A stretch of DNA of 43,471 nucleotides from a virus (taxonomy: Duplodnaviria > Caudoviricetes). The DNA is taken from IMG/VR virus record IMGVR_UViG_3300032261_000021, positions 1 through 43,471 of that record; one strand, written 5' to 3'. The position numbers and the translations under genes are program-made. The notes under the pieces were generated by a model. That model made no database searches. It saw nothing but the letters and a program-made list of their open reading frames with translations, and had not been told where the DNA came from. Below are positions 5,782-15,396 of the stretch, in pieces (the stretch's first letter is position 1; every line of letters begins with the position of its first letter).

Positions 5782-5877
5782 GAGCCTCTGTGAGGTTCTG
5801 TGGTGAGGTTGGTACGATTTATCAAGTTGTGGGAGAAAACTTCCCACAATCGGTTCTGTGGTGAAATAGAGGGTATT

Positions 5878-6180
5878 ATGAAGCATATTTTAGTTGATGA
5901 TCAAGAGATGGTTAATAAATTCGTAAAAGACCTACCTCCAAATATGAGATTGGCATTGGCACATCAGTTAGAAGCAGTTGACAACGAGATTGGGAATCGG
6001 TACAGTGGAGCAACGGTTAAGATGATTGGCATCCAACGTCGTCAGTCCAATATCCATGTCCGTCTAGAGAGCTCTGTGGATGGGCTTGTACAGGCATTAG
6101 ATATGAGCTTGATAACTTACCAGCATTATGAGAAAGTAATCAACTGCGTGGTTCTGGAGGAGTGGAAATATGTACACTAG
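5878..6180 (+). CDS. Hypothetical protein
   Basis: Start moved to the ATG after SD GAGG. Confidence 0.7.
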   Translation: MKHILVDDQEMVNKFVKDLPPNMRLALAHQLEAVDNEIGNRYSGATVKMIGIQRRQSNIHVRLESSVDGLVQALDMSLITYQHYEKVINCVVLEEWKYVH

Positions 6181-6230
6181 ATGGTGGTACAGTACCTGTA
6201 GATTTATAAATCAATAAACTAGGAGATATA

Positions 6231-7481
6231 ATGAAAATTGAAATGAGTTTAAGTGCCCATTACGTATCCCACTGGGGATGGGAACAAGCGTTTAGAGAAT
6301 TACTTCAGAACGCCTTAGACTGCAAAACATTCGTGACTGAATATGACCATGAAAATCAATCAGTGGTGATCTTTACAGCGGACGGAGCGATCCCCAGACA
6401 ATCACTACTTCTCGGTGAATCCGGTAAGAGGAACGGAGACACTATTGGTCACTTCGGTGAAGGTCTTAAGCTGGCTATGCTTATCTTGGCCCGTGAAGGA
6501 TACCCAATGCGGGTTTATTCCGGTAAAGAGATCTGGATCCCTCATATGGAACATTCTGAACTGTACGATTGCCAAGCTTTGGTGATTGACATTGAAGAAA
6601 ACCCAGAAGGGGACGCCGACGCTGTTGAGATCATCGTCGATGGTATCACCCCTGATATGGCAAGTGAAATCGACGGAATGTATATCAAACCGGATCAATA
6701 TCAAAAGGCATTGGCTACATCTAACGGGAGCCAATGCTTTGAGCCGATCCACCTTCTAACTGAATCAGAAGAAGCCGACATGATCGATAAGTTTGGAGAT
6801 TGCGAGTCTGACTGGGAGATTAAAAGTAAGGTGTACGTTGGCGGTCTGTTTGTATCGTACCTGAACGGAAACTTCCGTTACAGCTACAACTTCAAACCTT
6901 CATGCGTTAAGCTGGATCGTGACCGCATGACGGTGAATACTTGGGATATCCAGTGGGAAATCTCAAAACTTCTCGCTGCCGCCGGACGTGCAGATCTTGT
7001 TGTTGATCTGACTGAGGGTAAATATGCGGATATGGATGGCTACAGCCAATCGCACACATCTTACTATGGTGGTTCATCCGGTGGTTGTAGCTCTGGTGTA
7101 AGTTACAGTGATAAACTTAAAGATTTGGCGGTTGATTCATTCATTAAGCGATTTGGACAGAAGGCGATCCCAATCTCCAAGGATGAAGATGAGAATAAAT
7201 CTGCTTATTATGCACAACAATGTGTCAAACTAGGCTATACTCCTATCTATATTACGGGGAAAGAGTTCTCAATGCTTGACGGGGCGATCAAGATGCCTGA
7301 TAATCTTATCTCTGTAGATAAGCCTCAGGTTCTCCGTATCCTTCGCTCTTGGGTTGCAAAGTATACTGAGCCAGATGCCAACAAAGATGATGGCGTTATC
7401 GAGATCATGGAGTTGGTGGACCAACTTAACAGCTACGAACAATTCATGGGTATTGCGGAGGTTGAGGAAGATGAAGACTGA
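6231..7481 (+). CDS. GHKL (HATPase_c) ATPase domain protein
   Basis: RELLQNALD and IGHFGEGLK motifs. Confidence 0.8.
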   Translation: MKIEMSLSAHYVSHWGWEQAFRELLQNALDCKTFVTEYDHENQSVVIFTADGAIPRQSLLLGESGKRNGDTIGHFGEGLKLAMLILAREGYPMRVYSGKEIWIPHMEHSELYDCQALVIDIEENPEGDADAVEIIVDGITPDMASEIDGMYIKPDQYQKALATSNGSQCFEPIHLLTESEEADMIDKFGDCESDWEIKSKVYVGGLFVSYLNGNFRYSYNFKPSCVKLDRDRMTVNTWDIQWEISKLLAAAGRADLVVDLTEGKYADMDGYSQSHTSYYGGSSGGCSSGVSYSDKLKDLAVDSFIKRFGQKAIPISKDEDENKSAYYAQQCVKLGYTPIYITGKEFSMLDGAIKMPDNLISVDKPQVLRILRSWVAKYTEPDANKDDGVIEIMELVDQLNSYEQFMGIAEVEEDED

Positions 7482-7782
7482 AGTTGAACAGCTTATCCAA
7501 GATATTGAAGAGGAGGGATATGTGATCCGGCGCGATGGTGTAGTTCTCGGCAAGGATGGCTTCCGTAAGCCTCCTTTCGATGCCCACGACCCGTACTCTG
7601 TGGAGATTGATTTGAAAGGTAAAGTATACTTCATGCCTATTGACTTGTTGGTGATGTTCAAATATAATCCTCCGGTAGATGGTAAAACAACAATGCGGGT
7701 TGTAAAGCATCGTAATTCACTTAAGAGTGATAGCTCTGTGGATAATATTTACTGGGTAGGAGAAGAAAATGTCTTATCGTGA
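7471..7782 (+). CDS. Degenerate HNH-like protein
   Basis: VVKHRNSLKSDSSVDNIYWV resembles the HNH_3 motif; start at MKTEV. Confidence 0.5.
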   Translation: MKTEVEQLIQDIEEEGYVIRRDGVVLGKDGFRKPPFDAHDPYSVEIDLKGKVYFMPIDLLVMFKYNPPVDGKTTMRVVKHRNSLKSDSSVDNIYWVGEENVLS

Positions 7783-8095
7783 TTATATTAAGGACATGGA
7801 TCTCTGGGATCTTAACAACCTTTCAGAGGTTATTGAGGAGAAGAAGGCTCAGATAGCGTCAGAGGCCAAGATGATTGTATGGCGGATCTTTGATCGCGGA
7901 GGGATGTGCTTAGGTAATTATAAACAAGAAGATTATGAAATTGCTTCAAAAGCTCTTGCAAGATGGTCACTGGAGCGATATCGTGAGGAGATTGATTCGG
8001 GTGGCCCACTTAGTATTCGTTACCTTAGCCTTGAGATTAGAGGCGAGCGTACCGCGATCAGTGAATACAATAAATATGAATTCGACAAGGAATAG
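7769..8095 (+). CDS. Hypothetical protein
   Basis: ORF, SD AGGAG. Confidence 0.7.
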   Translation: MSYRDYIKDMDLWDLNNLSEVIEEKKAQIASEAKMIVWRIFDRGGMCLGNYKQEDYEIASKALARWSLERYREEIDSGGPLSIRYLSLEIRGERTAISEYNKYEFDKE

Positions 8096-8103
8096 GAGAA
8101 AGC

Positions 8104-9222
8104 ATGACAAATCAAACTAACCCAACTCTGTACGCGAAAGATAAAAGCGGTGGCCTGAAGGTATGGTCAGTAACTACAGATGGTTCAAGCATCTATGTGC
8201 AACATGGTAAACTTGGTGGTAAACAGCAAGTCAAGGAAACTGTATGCGAGCCTAAGAACGTGGGCCGTGCCAATGAGACATCACCGGAGGCTCAAGCTGA
8301 AATTGAAGCACTCGCTAAGTGGGTTAAGCAGACGAAGAAGGGTTATTTTGCTACTCAGGAAGAAGCACTGGCATACGTCAGCAAAAAGCCAATGAAGGCA
8401 CATGACTACAAAGATTACAAGGATCGCGTTAAGTACCCTTGTTATATTCAGGCTAAGCTTAACGGCCTCCGTGCAATGTCTGAAGAAGGTAACGGGATCC
8501 AGTCAAAATCCGGAGAGGCGTACAAGCAGCCTAAACATTGGGCAGATGAGTTGGATACAGTTCTTTCTGTCTATGGTTGCGTGGATGGTGAGGTGTTCGA
8601 GAAGTACATGAAGCAGGGCGGTCTGTCATTGCAGAAAATCAACTCTGCATTCAAGAAACCTAACGAAGACACTCATCGTCTTAAGTATTGGATCTATGAT
8701 GTTCCGTCAGATAAGCCGTTCTCAGAACGTGTAAAGGATCTTAATGCCCTTTCTAGCTTTATTGCGGAAAACCAACTGACATCTATGCGTACTCTGTACA
8801 CCCAGTTAATCAACTCCGAAGAAGAGGGTGATGCATTCTATACTGATGCTCTTGAGCGTGGCGCTGAAGGTGTTGTTTACCGCAACCTTGATGGTTTGTA
8901 TGAATGCGACTATCGCTCTTACAACCTGATTAAGCGTAAACCTCGCCCTGATGCGGAAGCCCGTGTTCTCTCTGTTGAGAAGGACAAAAACAACTGGGGC
9001 ATTATGACCTGCGAACTGAAGAACGGTATCCAGTTTAAGGTTCAGATGCGTGTGGACTCGCACCCTACGATCAACTACCGCGAGTATGAAAATGCTGTTA
9101 CTCTGATTGGTGGATTCATCACTTTCGAGTATGAAGAGTTCTCAGATGCTGGCGTACCAACAAAACAGGTTGGGATCGGACTACGTGATGTAAACCCATT
9201 GACATGGGAACCTAAAGAGTAA
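8104..9222 (+). CDS. ATP-dependent DNA ligase with N-terminal WGR-like domain
   Basis: QAKLNGLR (motif I), DGE, YDV, EGVVYR, LIKRK. Confidence 0.9.
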   Translation: MTNQTNPTLYAKDKSGGLKVWSVTTDGSSIYVQHGKLGGKQQVKETVCEPKNVGRANETSPEAQAEIEALAKWVKQTKKGYFATQEEALAYVSKKPMKAHDYKDYKDRVKYPCYIQAKLNGLRAMSEEGNGIQSKSGEAYKQPKHWADELDTVLSVYGCVDGEVFEKYMKQGGLSLQKINSAFKKPNEDTHRLKYWIYDVPSDKPFSERVKDLNALSSFIAENQLTSMRTLYTQLINSEEEGDAFYTDALERGAEGVVYRNLDGLYECDYRSYNLIKRKPRPDAEARVLSVEKDKNNWGIMTCELKNGIQFKVQMRVDSHPTINYREYENAVTLIGGFITFEYEEFSDAGVPTKQVGIGLRDVNPLTWEPKE

Positions 9223-9252
9223 TATAATATTGGGGAGCAAATACGCTCCCCA
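9199..9252 (+). promoter_or_regulatory. Promoter plus 5' hairpin
   Basis: TTGACA-18nt-TATAAT, then TGGGGAGC-N6-GCTCCCCA. Confidence 0.65.
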
Positions 9253-9269
9253 GCCAAAGAGGAAAGACG

Positions 9270-9746
9270 ATGTTATTAATAAGTATCATGGTTATAGGTG
9301 TGATCACCTACATATTCGCTAACTGGTATGATAAAAAATACTGCGAAGCTTGGCTTTACGACCAATGCGGGCAACCAGCCAAGGTTATCATCACACTATT
9401 CCGAACAGGTGAGTACACTGATTATTTCAAGCTTTCAAAGGCTGACAGAAGCGCCTTTAAAGAAACAGATAGAAAGGTCCCTAGCTATACTATTACAAAC
9501 AATTCAACAGGCCGTGTAACGGAAATATACCTTCACCCGTATGGTATTACTGGTGACATGAGTTGGATGTCTGATATAGAACGTGATCACCTGTGTCATG
9601 AGGTTGATATGATTGACCGCCGGACATACTGGGATGGTGTAGAAGATAAAAGAACAAAAGACAGATCCGAAGGTGAAATCCGTAAGGATGAAACCTATGA
9701 GCAGTTTAAACACCTAATCCACGAATCAGAAAGGAGAGTAAAATAA
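9270..9746 (+). CDS. Hypothetical protein with N-terminal membrane anchor
   Basis: Hydrophobic first 18 aa; WMSDIE motif. Confidence 0.75.
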   Translation: MLLISIMVIGVITYIFANWYDKKYCEAWLYDQCGQPAKVIITLFRTGEYTDYFKLSKADRSAFKETDRKVPSYTITNNSTGRVTEIYLHPYGITGDMSWMSDIERDHLCHEVDMIDRRTYWDGVEDKRTKDRSEGEIRKDETYEQFKHLIHESERRVK

Positions 9747-10522
9747 TGACCGAATTTACACGCAACCAAATCGAATTCATTGAATCTTTTGAGCGCCGTG
9801 CATGTTATGTTCCGTTCCTAAACCGAGTCATTTCTTGGAACCTTTTAGCCAAGGGTAAGCACCTTACAGATGTTGATACTATCAAGCTCCAACACGATCT
9901 GGTAAAAGAAGAGCTGCGTGAGTTAATCGAGGATGGTATCATTGCACACAGCCCCGTAGAGTTCCTAGATGCGATTTGTGACCTTTTTGTAGTCGCTTCT
10001 TACGAAGCTTTTATCAGCCGTATTAGTTACTTGAGAAGTGTTCGTCCAAGTGAAGACCCGATTGAAGATATCGAGAGATCCGCACACAGTTATGTTTGCG
10101 ATCTTATCGACGTGGCGGGCCACAATTACGGACTGAAAGAGTTGGTCCAAGATCTAGTCGAGGCAGTAGAAGATAGAGACTACAGTGCCACAATTAACTT
10201 GGTCGCCCACATGATGCATCAGTTTGATGCAGACATCCATGAGGCAATGAATGTTGTATTGGATTCAAACGACTCTAAGATGCCAACTCTTAGCCGCTTG
10301 AAAGGTGCATTATATGGCACTGTTCCATTCGGAACTGCTGGCTTGATCAGTTACCACGCAGATCAGTTAAATGAAAAATACAAAGGGCGTTACAGCGGGA
10401 TTTCTGGTACAGTCACACCTTCTGGTCGCGTAGTGTTCCGTAACGATGCAGGTAAGATCGTTAAACCATGCACATTCTTTGAGCCTACCGAAGGTCTGTT
10501 GAAATTGCTTCCAGAACTTTGA
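9746..10522 (+). CDS. MazG-like / PRA-PH NTP pyrophosphohydrolase
   Basis: EELREL, DAICDL, SNDSK, GKIVKP motifs. Confidence 0.8.
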   Translation: MTEFTRNQIEFIESFERRACYVPFLNRVISWNLLAKGKHLTDVDTIKLQHDLVKEELRELIEDGIIAHSPVEFLDAICDLFVVASYEAFISRISYLRSVRPSEDPIEDIERSAHSYVCDLIDVAGHNYGLKELVQDLVEAVEDRDYSATINLVAHMMHQFDADIHEAMNVVLDSNDSKMPTLSRLKGALYGTVPFGTAGLISYHADQLNEKYKGRYSGISGTVTPSGRVVFRNDAGKIVKPCTFFEPTEGLLKLLPEL

Positions 10523-10532
10523 TAAAAAGTTA

Positions 10533-10561
10533 TTGACATAGGATTGTGGGTATGTTTTAAT
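10533..10561 (+). promoter_or_regulatory. sigma70 promoter
   Basis: TTGACA-17nt-TTTAAT. Confidence 0.55.
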
Positions 10562-10595
10562 ATCCCCACTGAAACGAAACAACCAAGGAGACACT

Positions 10596-10784
10596 ATGAA
10601 CAATGTACAAACTGATATCTTCAACAACAACTGGCCTAAGGTTGTCCGCTTTAAAATGAAAAAGCGTTGGGGCAAGTGGCGTAAGGTTGATGTTCCTGTT
10701 GCAAATATCCATGAGCTGAAGATGGCGATGGATAAACTGGAAACATTCGGTGATACAGTGCAACTGATCGGTATCGGTCAGTAA
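10596..10784 (+). CDS. Hypothetical protein
   Basis: SD AAGGAG. Confidence 0.7.
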   Translation: MNNVQTDIFNNNWPKVVRFKMKKRWGKWRKVDVPVANIHELKMAMDKLETFGDTVQLIGIGQ

Positions 10785-10806
10785 TAAAATAGTTCAAGTA
10801 ATTCGT

Positions 10807-10835
10807 TGACATACCAAAATAATTCAGGCATACTG
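10807..10835 (+). promoter_or_regulatory. sigma70 promoter
   Basis: TTGACA-17nt-CATACT. Confidence 0.7.
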
Positions 10836-10866
10836 CCTGCACTTTAAATACATAGGAGATATACAT

Positions 10867-11214
10867 ATGACTACCAACGCAAACAAAGCAACTTCTGGCC
10901 TGATCGACTTTCTGCCAAGCAGCACCCAAGACCGTAAAAATCTTCTTGCTGCCGTGATGAATATCGTTCAGCTTAAGCAGGATCGTATCACAATCCAGAA
11001 CCAGATGAAAAACATCACCACGCAGATCAACGAAGCTCGTAAGTCTGCCAAGAAAGATGGCGGTTACGACCTGAAATTCTTCGATGCCTTGGTTACACGT
11101 GCATTCGACGCCAAGTACCAATCTGACCGCGATCTGGCGGCTCTTGAAGCAAAAGCTGAAGCCTTCAACGAAGCGGATATCCTGCTGAAGTCTGAAGAGA
11201 CTGAAGAAGCTTAA
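10867..11214 (+). CDS. dsDNA-binding protein, T4 DsbA/GapR-like
   Basis: Coiled coil then ARKSAKKDGGYDLKFFDALV; strongly biased codons. Confidence 0.5.
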   Translation: MTTNANKATSGLIDFLPSSTQDRKNLLAAVMNIVQLKQDRITIQNQMKNITTQINEARKSAKKDGGYDLKFFDALVTRAFDAKYQSDRDLAALEAKAEAFNEADILLKSEETEEA

Positions 11215-11276
11215 TAATCTGAATGTAAACTTTGGGGCCTTGTTGGCCCCTTCTAATAAGAATAAAGGAGAAATCA

Positions 11277-11570
11277 ATGAATATTAATTTCCGCGAAGAT
11301 ACCTACCAGATGCTGTGCCACTTAGCCACCCGTGATGAGCGATCAGTTGCTGCATTTGTTGCCAATCTGTGCTACCAATACACCCGTGCCAAGGTGCATG
11401 TCGAGTACACAATCAAGAATGAAGATGATGCTCCAATCATTGACAGTATTGACGGACAGCCGTTAAAGGCTCATATTTTGCCTTCTGATCAGTTAACTGC
11501 ATCCGGTTATAGTGTAAACACGACAGGGCGAGTTGGTAATATCAGTGTAAATGGTTTCAGTAACATCTGA
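11277..11570 (+). CDS. Ribbon-helix-helix DNA-binding protein
   Basis: MNINFREDTYQMLCHLATRDERSVAAFV; SD AAGGAG. Confidence 0.65.
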   Translation: MNINFREDTYQMLCHLATRDERSVAAFVANLCYQYTRAKVHVEYTIKNEDDAPIIDSIDGQPLKAHILPSDQLTASGYSVNTTGRVGNISVNGFSNI

Positions 11571-11581
11571 TCAGGGAAAGT

Positions 11582-11613
11582 AAAGGCCACCTTCGGGTGG
11601 CCTTTTTGTTTTT
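11582..11613 (+). terminator. Intrinsic terminator
   Basis: AAAGGCCACC-TTCG-GGTGGCCTTT plus T tract. Confidence 0.9.
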
Positions 11614-11618
11614 ATCTC

Positions 11619-11646
11619 TTGCAATGCAAAACCAAAAGTGTATAAT
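11619..11646 (+). promoter_or_regulatory. sigma70 promoter
   Basis: TTGCAA-16nt-TATAAT. Confidence 0.7.
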
Positions 11647-11676
11647 CATCTCATCAAACAACGAAGGGGATAAAAT

Positions 11677-12165
11677 ATGGAAAATAATTACTATTCTGAA
11701 CTGAAGAACTTTGTACGTGCTACGGCACTATACCCGCCATCGGAGATCTGCTCCGGAACCTACGGCAAGAAGGCAGCAGCAAAGGAGAAGCGACTTATTG
11801 ATATTTGCGAAGATCTCTACCGCTTTGAGAACCAAACCATCCCAGCAATGCGTGAAGCATTCAAAGAATTCGATACAATGATTAAGATCAGTAATGGTGT
11901 GGAGATTAAAGCTTTAGCCGCTACAAGTATTGCAGGTAAGTTGATCTTTTTCACAGACAATGCAATCAAGGCATTGGAGATGATGCATAAGAAAGACCAA
12001 GCACTCATGTACTACTATAATGACTTCAAGATTACAAGACACTATGCTGAGGGGCTGATCCGAGAGTGGACGTTGATTCTTTTAAAACGAAGCCAGCACA
12101 CTGGTGCAGAAATCCAGATTATGATCACCGATGCAGTAAAATCTCAAAAGGAGGCACACAAATGA
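11677..12165 (+). CDS. Hypothetical protein
   Basis: ORF downstream of a promoter. Confidence 0.75.
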   Translation: MENNYYSELKNFVRATALYPPSEICSGTYGKKAAAKEKRLIDICEDLYRFENQTIPAMREAFKEFDTMIKISNGVEIKALAATSIAGKLIFFTDNAIKALEMMHKKDQALMYYYNDFKITRHYAEGLIREWTLILLKRSQHTGAEIQIMITDAVKSQKEAHK

Positions 12166-12371
12166 AATTCTGGCCTGTAGTTGTAACGTTAGTTGTTTTA
12201 CTATCTGCTATTTTCTTCTCTCTGCAAGCACGTGCAGCAAATACGATGGATCTTGTGGATGAGTACCGCAATGGCAGTAAAAAGATTTGTGTTTACTCCG
12301 ACGGACGTAACACAGCAACAACTACTAAATCATTAGCTGGCGCTTGCCCATCAAAACACACTTTCCATTGA
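12162..12371 (+). CDS. Small exported protein
   Basis: Signal peptide ending ARA-A; two Cys; SD AAGGAGG. Confidence 0.7.
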   Translation: MKFWPVVVTLVVLLSAIFFSLQARAANTMDLVDEYRNGSKKICVYSDGRNTATTTKSLAGACPSKHTFH

Positions 12372-12381
12372 GGGATAGATA

Positions 12382-12711
12382 ATGAAAATTGAATATACTA
12401 AAACTGGTCGGATCCTGTTATCCCTGAGCAATATCGTAGCTGCTGCAATCTTCACAGCTCTTGGCACATACCTGTGGCTGTTTATGGTAACTACCTACGT
12501 GATCTGGGGAGATGTATTGAACAGTCTGCAAGTCTACGGTGACGCTCTTAAGAGCCCGATAATCCAAGAGACTATGATGTACTCAATGATTAGATCTTTC
12601 AGCTGGTTAAGTCCAATCTGGTTAGTCATGGGCAACATGTTCGACATTAACCACCTTAAATTCATCTTCTTCCGTAATTTCCGTGTCAAGGACGGTACAC
12701 TTGGATGGTGA
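12382..12711 (+). CDS. Membrane protein
   Basis: Hydrophobic segments. Confidence 0.7.
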   Translation: MKIEYTKTGRILLSLSNIVAAAIFTALGTYLWLFMVTTYVIWGDVLNSLQVYGDALKSPIIQETMMYSMIRSFSWLSPIWLVMGNMFDINHLKFIFFRNFRVKDGTLGW

Positions 12712-12929
12712 GTGTGATTCTAAATAATATCCTCATGCTTCAGTGGATGTATTTAGTTTGGAATATTGCGGGGTATAGCGCTTACTATCATGGGGAAAGC
12801 ACTGTTGACAATTTCCCGATGTTTGTGTACAGTGTTACGTTCTTTATTGTGTCAGTCATGATTATCGTTATGGAGGTTAGCCGTGAAGCTAGAAATAGAG
12901 CTCGTACCAAAAACAGCATGGGGAAATAA
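12705..12929 (+). CDS. Small membrane protein
   Basis: Two TM-like segments and a basic tail. Confidence 0.5.
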   Translation: MVSVILNNILMLQWMYLVWNIAGYSAYYHGESTVDNFPMFVYSVTFFIVSVMIIVMEVSREARNRARTKNSMGK

Positions 12930-13362
12930 TGTACGAGATCGTTTGACTCAGAGTCAGTGGGATAAGGTACGTCGAAAGTCATATGCAGAAGCAAATCATA
13001 CATGTGAGATCTGCGGCGGTAAAGGCGGTAATGGTAAGAAGCATCCAGTGGAGTGCCATGAGATCTGGGAGTTCGATAACATCAATCATCGGATCATCTT
13101 GAAAGGTCTTATTTCCCTGTGCCCTCCTTGCCATGAGGTTAAGCACATCGGCAGAGCAGAGGCTAATGGTACGGCCCAGCGGGCGCTCAATCACTTCATG
13201 CGTGTTAACGGAATGAACAAGCAGGATGCTATCGCCTATATGAATAAGGTAGCAAGGGAATACCACAATAAGAGCCGGATCTCAGATTGGACACTGGACA
13301 TCTCGTATTTGATCGAGTACATGGGGCAGGATTTCTACGACAAAATCAAACACAAAGTGTAA
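12883..13362 (+). CDS. HNH endonuclease
   Basis: CEICG, ECHE, LCPPCHEVKH; SD GGAGGT before GTG. Confidence 0.85.
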   Translation: MKLEIELVPKTAWGNNVRDRLTQSQWDKVRRKSYAEANHTCEICGGKGGNGKKHPVECHEIWEFDNINHRIILKGLISLCPPCHEVKHIGRAEANGTAQRALNHFMRVNGMNKQDAIAYMNKVAREYHNKSRISDWTLDISYLIEYMGQDFYDKIKHKV

Positions 13363-13371
13363 GGAGAGTAA

Positions 13372-14493
13372 ATGAGTTACCCACAATATGAAGGGGATAT
13401 TAAGGATATTTTGACAGATGACTGCCATATCTGGCTGGATGCCGATCAGTCATGCTTTGTTGCAGCGTCGGCGGCAGAGAAGAAGACTATCAAAGCCGTC
13501 CACAAGGTTTCTGGTCGTGAGAAAGAGTTCAAGAACAAGACAGAGTTCTGGGGCAGACAAAAGAACGTAGCAGGTGGCTGGCTGGCAGACCAGAACACCA
13601 ATATGGCAGCTAAGGCAAAGAAGGCGGGAAAGGAGTTCGTACCTTGGACACGTGAAGATTTCGATATCATTGATGTTCAGACACCTGAACCTATTGAGAA
13701 CTGTCTTCATATCCTCAAGCTGACAATCAATGCCATCATGGATCAGATCGGGGTGTCTAACCACACAGCCGTACTTGGCGGGAAGGGTAACTTCCGACTT
13801 AAGATCCCAACCCCTAAGATCTACAAGGGGAACCGTGAAGATACGCTCCGTCCTCTACTTTTGGAGAAGACCAGAGAGTATGTGGAGAAGAAATACGGCG
13901 CGATCATTGTAGATGGGATCGAGGCAGATGACTTCTTAACAATGAAGGGGTATGAAGGTTATCTTCACTATGAAAAGACAGGTAAGTTTAACCACATCAT
14001 TGCATCCTTTGATAAGGATCAGTTACAATGCCCGAGTGGGATCTTCAACACTCAAAAAACCGAGGGTAAGGATAAGACGTGGCTGTACCCTAAACTGATG
14101 ATTATCGACCGTTCAATTGGTGAACTGTGGATGAAGAATGGTAAATGCAAGGGATGGGGCCACAAGTTCTTTGGATACCAGATGCTTTGCGGCGACGATA
14201 GTGATAACGTTCGCCCTTATCAGGACTTCGATATCAGATTCGGGGATAAGTCCGCATTTGAGATCCTAGCTCCAGTTGACACTCCCAAGGAGATGTGGGA
14301 AGTCATTGTTGCCAAATATAAAGAGTGGTTCCCAGATTTTGTAGAATTTACGGATCATATGGGAATTGAGCGTAAGTATACTGCTGGGCAATGGGCAAGC
14401 ATTATATTCCAACTTATTTACATGAAAAGAACCCCTACAGACAGTACAACGTTGAGTAAAGTTCTTAAACATTACGGAGTCATTGATGAGTGA
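13372..14493 (+). CDS. 5'-3' exonuclease (phage FEN / T7 gp6-like)
   Basis: LDAD, YKGNR, EADD, DKD, GDDSDN motifs. Confidence 0.88.
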   Translation: MSYPQYEGDIKDILTDDCHIWLDADQSCFVAASAAEKKTIKAVHKVSGREKEFKNKTEFWGRQKNVAGGWLADQNTNMAAKAKKAGKEFVPWTREDFDIIDVQTPEPIENCLHILKLTINAIMDQIGVSNHTAVLGGKGNFRLKIPTPKIYKGNREDTLRPLLLEKTREYVEKKYGAIIVDGIEADDFLTMKGYEGYLHYEKTGKFNHIIASFDKDQLQCPSGIFNTQKTEGKDKTWLYPKLMIIDRSIGELWMKNGKCKGWGHKFFGYQMLCGDDSDNVRPYQDFDIRFGDKSAFEILAPVDTPKEMWEVIVAKYKEWFPDFVEFTDHMGIERKYTAGQWASIIFQLIYMKRTPTDSTTLSKVLKHYGVIDE

Positions 14494-14830
14494 TAAAGTG
14501 GAAGTTAAGATGGGACCTATTGACACCAAGATCACTGATGCGGTGGAGGCTGACCGCCATGCTCGTAGTGTATTCGGGAACAAGGAGGGGACATTCCTTG
14601 TCCTAACCGACAAATGGTCTATGTCTGACAAGCCTTGGGCTGTTTATTGGAACGACGAGGAAACTGGTGAGCGGGCGGCGGCTTACATTGCTGGCCCTAT
14701 CATGCAGGGGGAGAAGTTGGTTATGATCCCGTGCAGTTTAGATGGAAAGTCATTATTCAACGTCGTCGCTTTCCGAGAAGAGTATGCCATCATGGATTCA
14801 GGATCTTCCACAGAAGAGGAGAAGGAATGA
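14486..14830 (+). CDS. Hypothetical protein
   Basis: ORF coupled to both neighbours. Confidence 0.7.
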   Translation: MSDKVEVKMGPIDTKITDAVEADRHARSVFGNKEGTFLVLTDKWSMSDKPWAVYWNDEETGERAAAYIAGPIMQGEKLVMIPCSLDGKSLFNVVAFREEYAIMDSGSSTEEEKE

Positions 14831-15396
14831 GAGTATTAACTATCGACCAGAGTATGGCATCATGCGCTTTCATCGTTATTGATGGAGAAGAGCCGATCTA
14901 CAAGGAGGTTATGCACACAACTGGATCCGATAATCCAAAAGCTTATCAGACAAAGTTCGATAATCCGGTAGAGCAGATGCGTTTTATTGCTCAACGTATT
15001 GCCGAAGTGGCTTGTTCTTTCAAGGTAGAACACATCGTGTCGGAATCTCTAAGTTTCGGATCAGCAGGTAACGCAACACGTGACCTTGCTGGCCTATTCT
15101 TTGTGATTCAGTCAACATTGTTAGATTCAGGCTTCTCTATGAGCCAGATCCACATGGTGGCACCTACATCTGCTAAATCTTGGGCCCGTAACATCCTTCC
15201 AGAGGAAATTCGTGGCGTTAAGGGTAGCCTTATCAAGATGGGCAAGGATGAGATGATGCAAGCCTGTAAAATCTTGGTTCCGAATCTCCTTGACGGGTAT
15301 ACCAAAACAGGGAAGAATGGCGGGTCAACAGACCTTGCAGATGCCTACTTGATTGGTCGGTGCTTCATTGAGCGGTACGCCGCCGGAGGTAAGTAA
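14827..15396 (+). CDS. RuvC-like Holliday junction resolvase
   Basis: MRVLTIDQS, E in VSESLSFG, PTSAK, DLADA. Confidence 0.8.
   Translation: MRVLTIDQSMASCAFIVIDGEEPIYKEVMHTTGSDNPKAYQTKFDNPVEQMRFIAQRIAEVACSFKVEHIVSESLSFGSAGNATRDLAGLFFVIQSTLLDSGFSMSQIHMVAPTSAKSWARNILPEEIRGVKGSLIKMGKDEMMQACKILVPNLLDGYTKTGKNGGSTDLADAYLIGRCFIERYAAGGK

Noticed and set aside
6204-6212. T4 late-promoter-like TATAAAT
   Set aside because: Imperfect and not recurrent upstream of other genes
10651-11277. 208-aa minus-strand ORF
   Set aside because: Antisense shadow of codon-biased plus-strand genes
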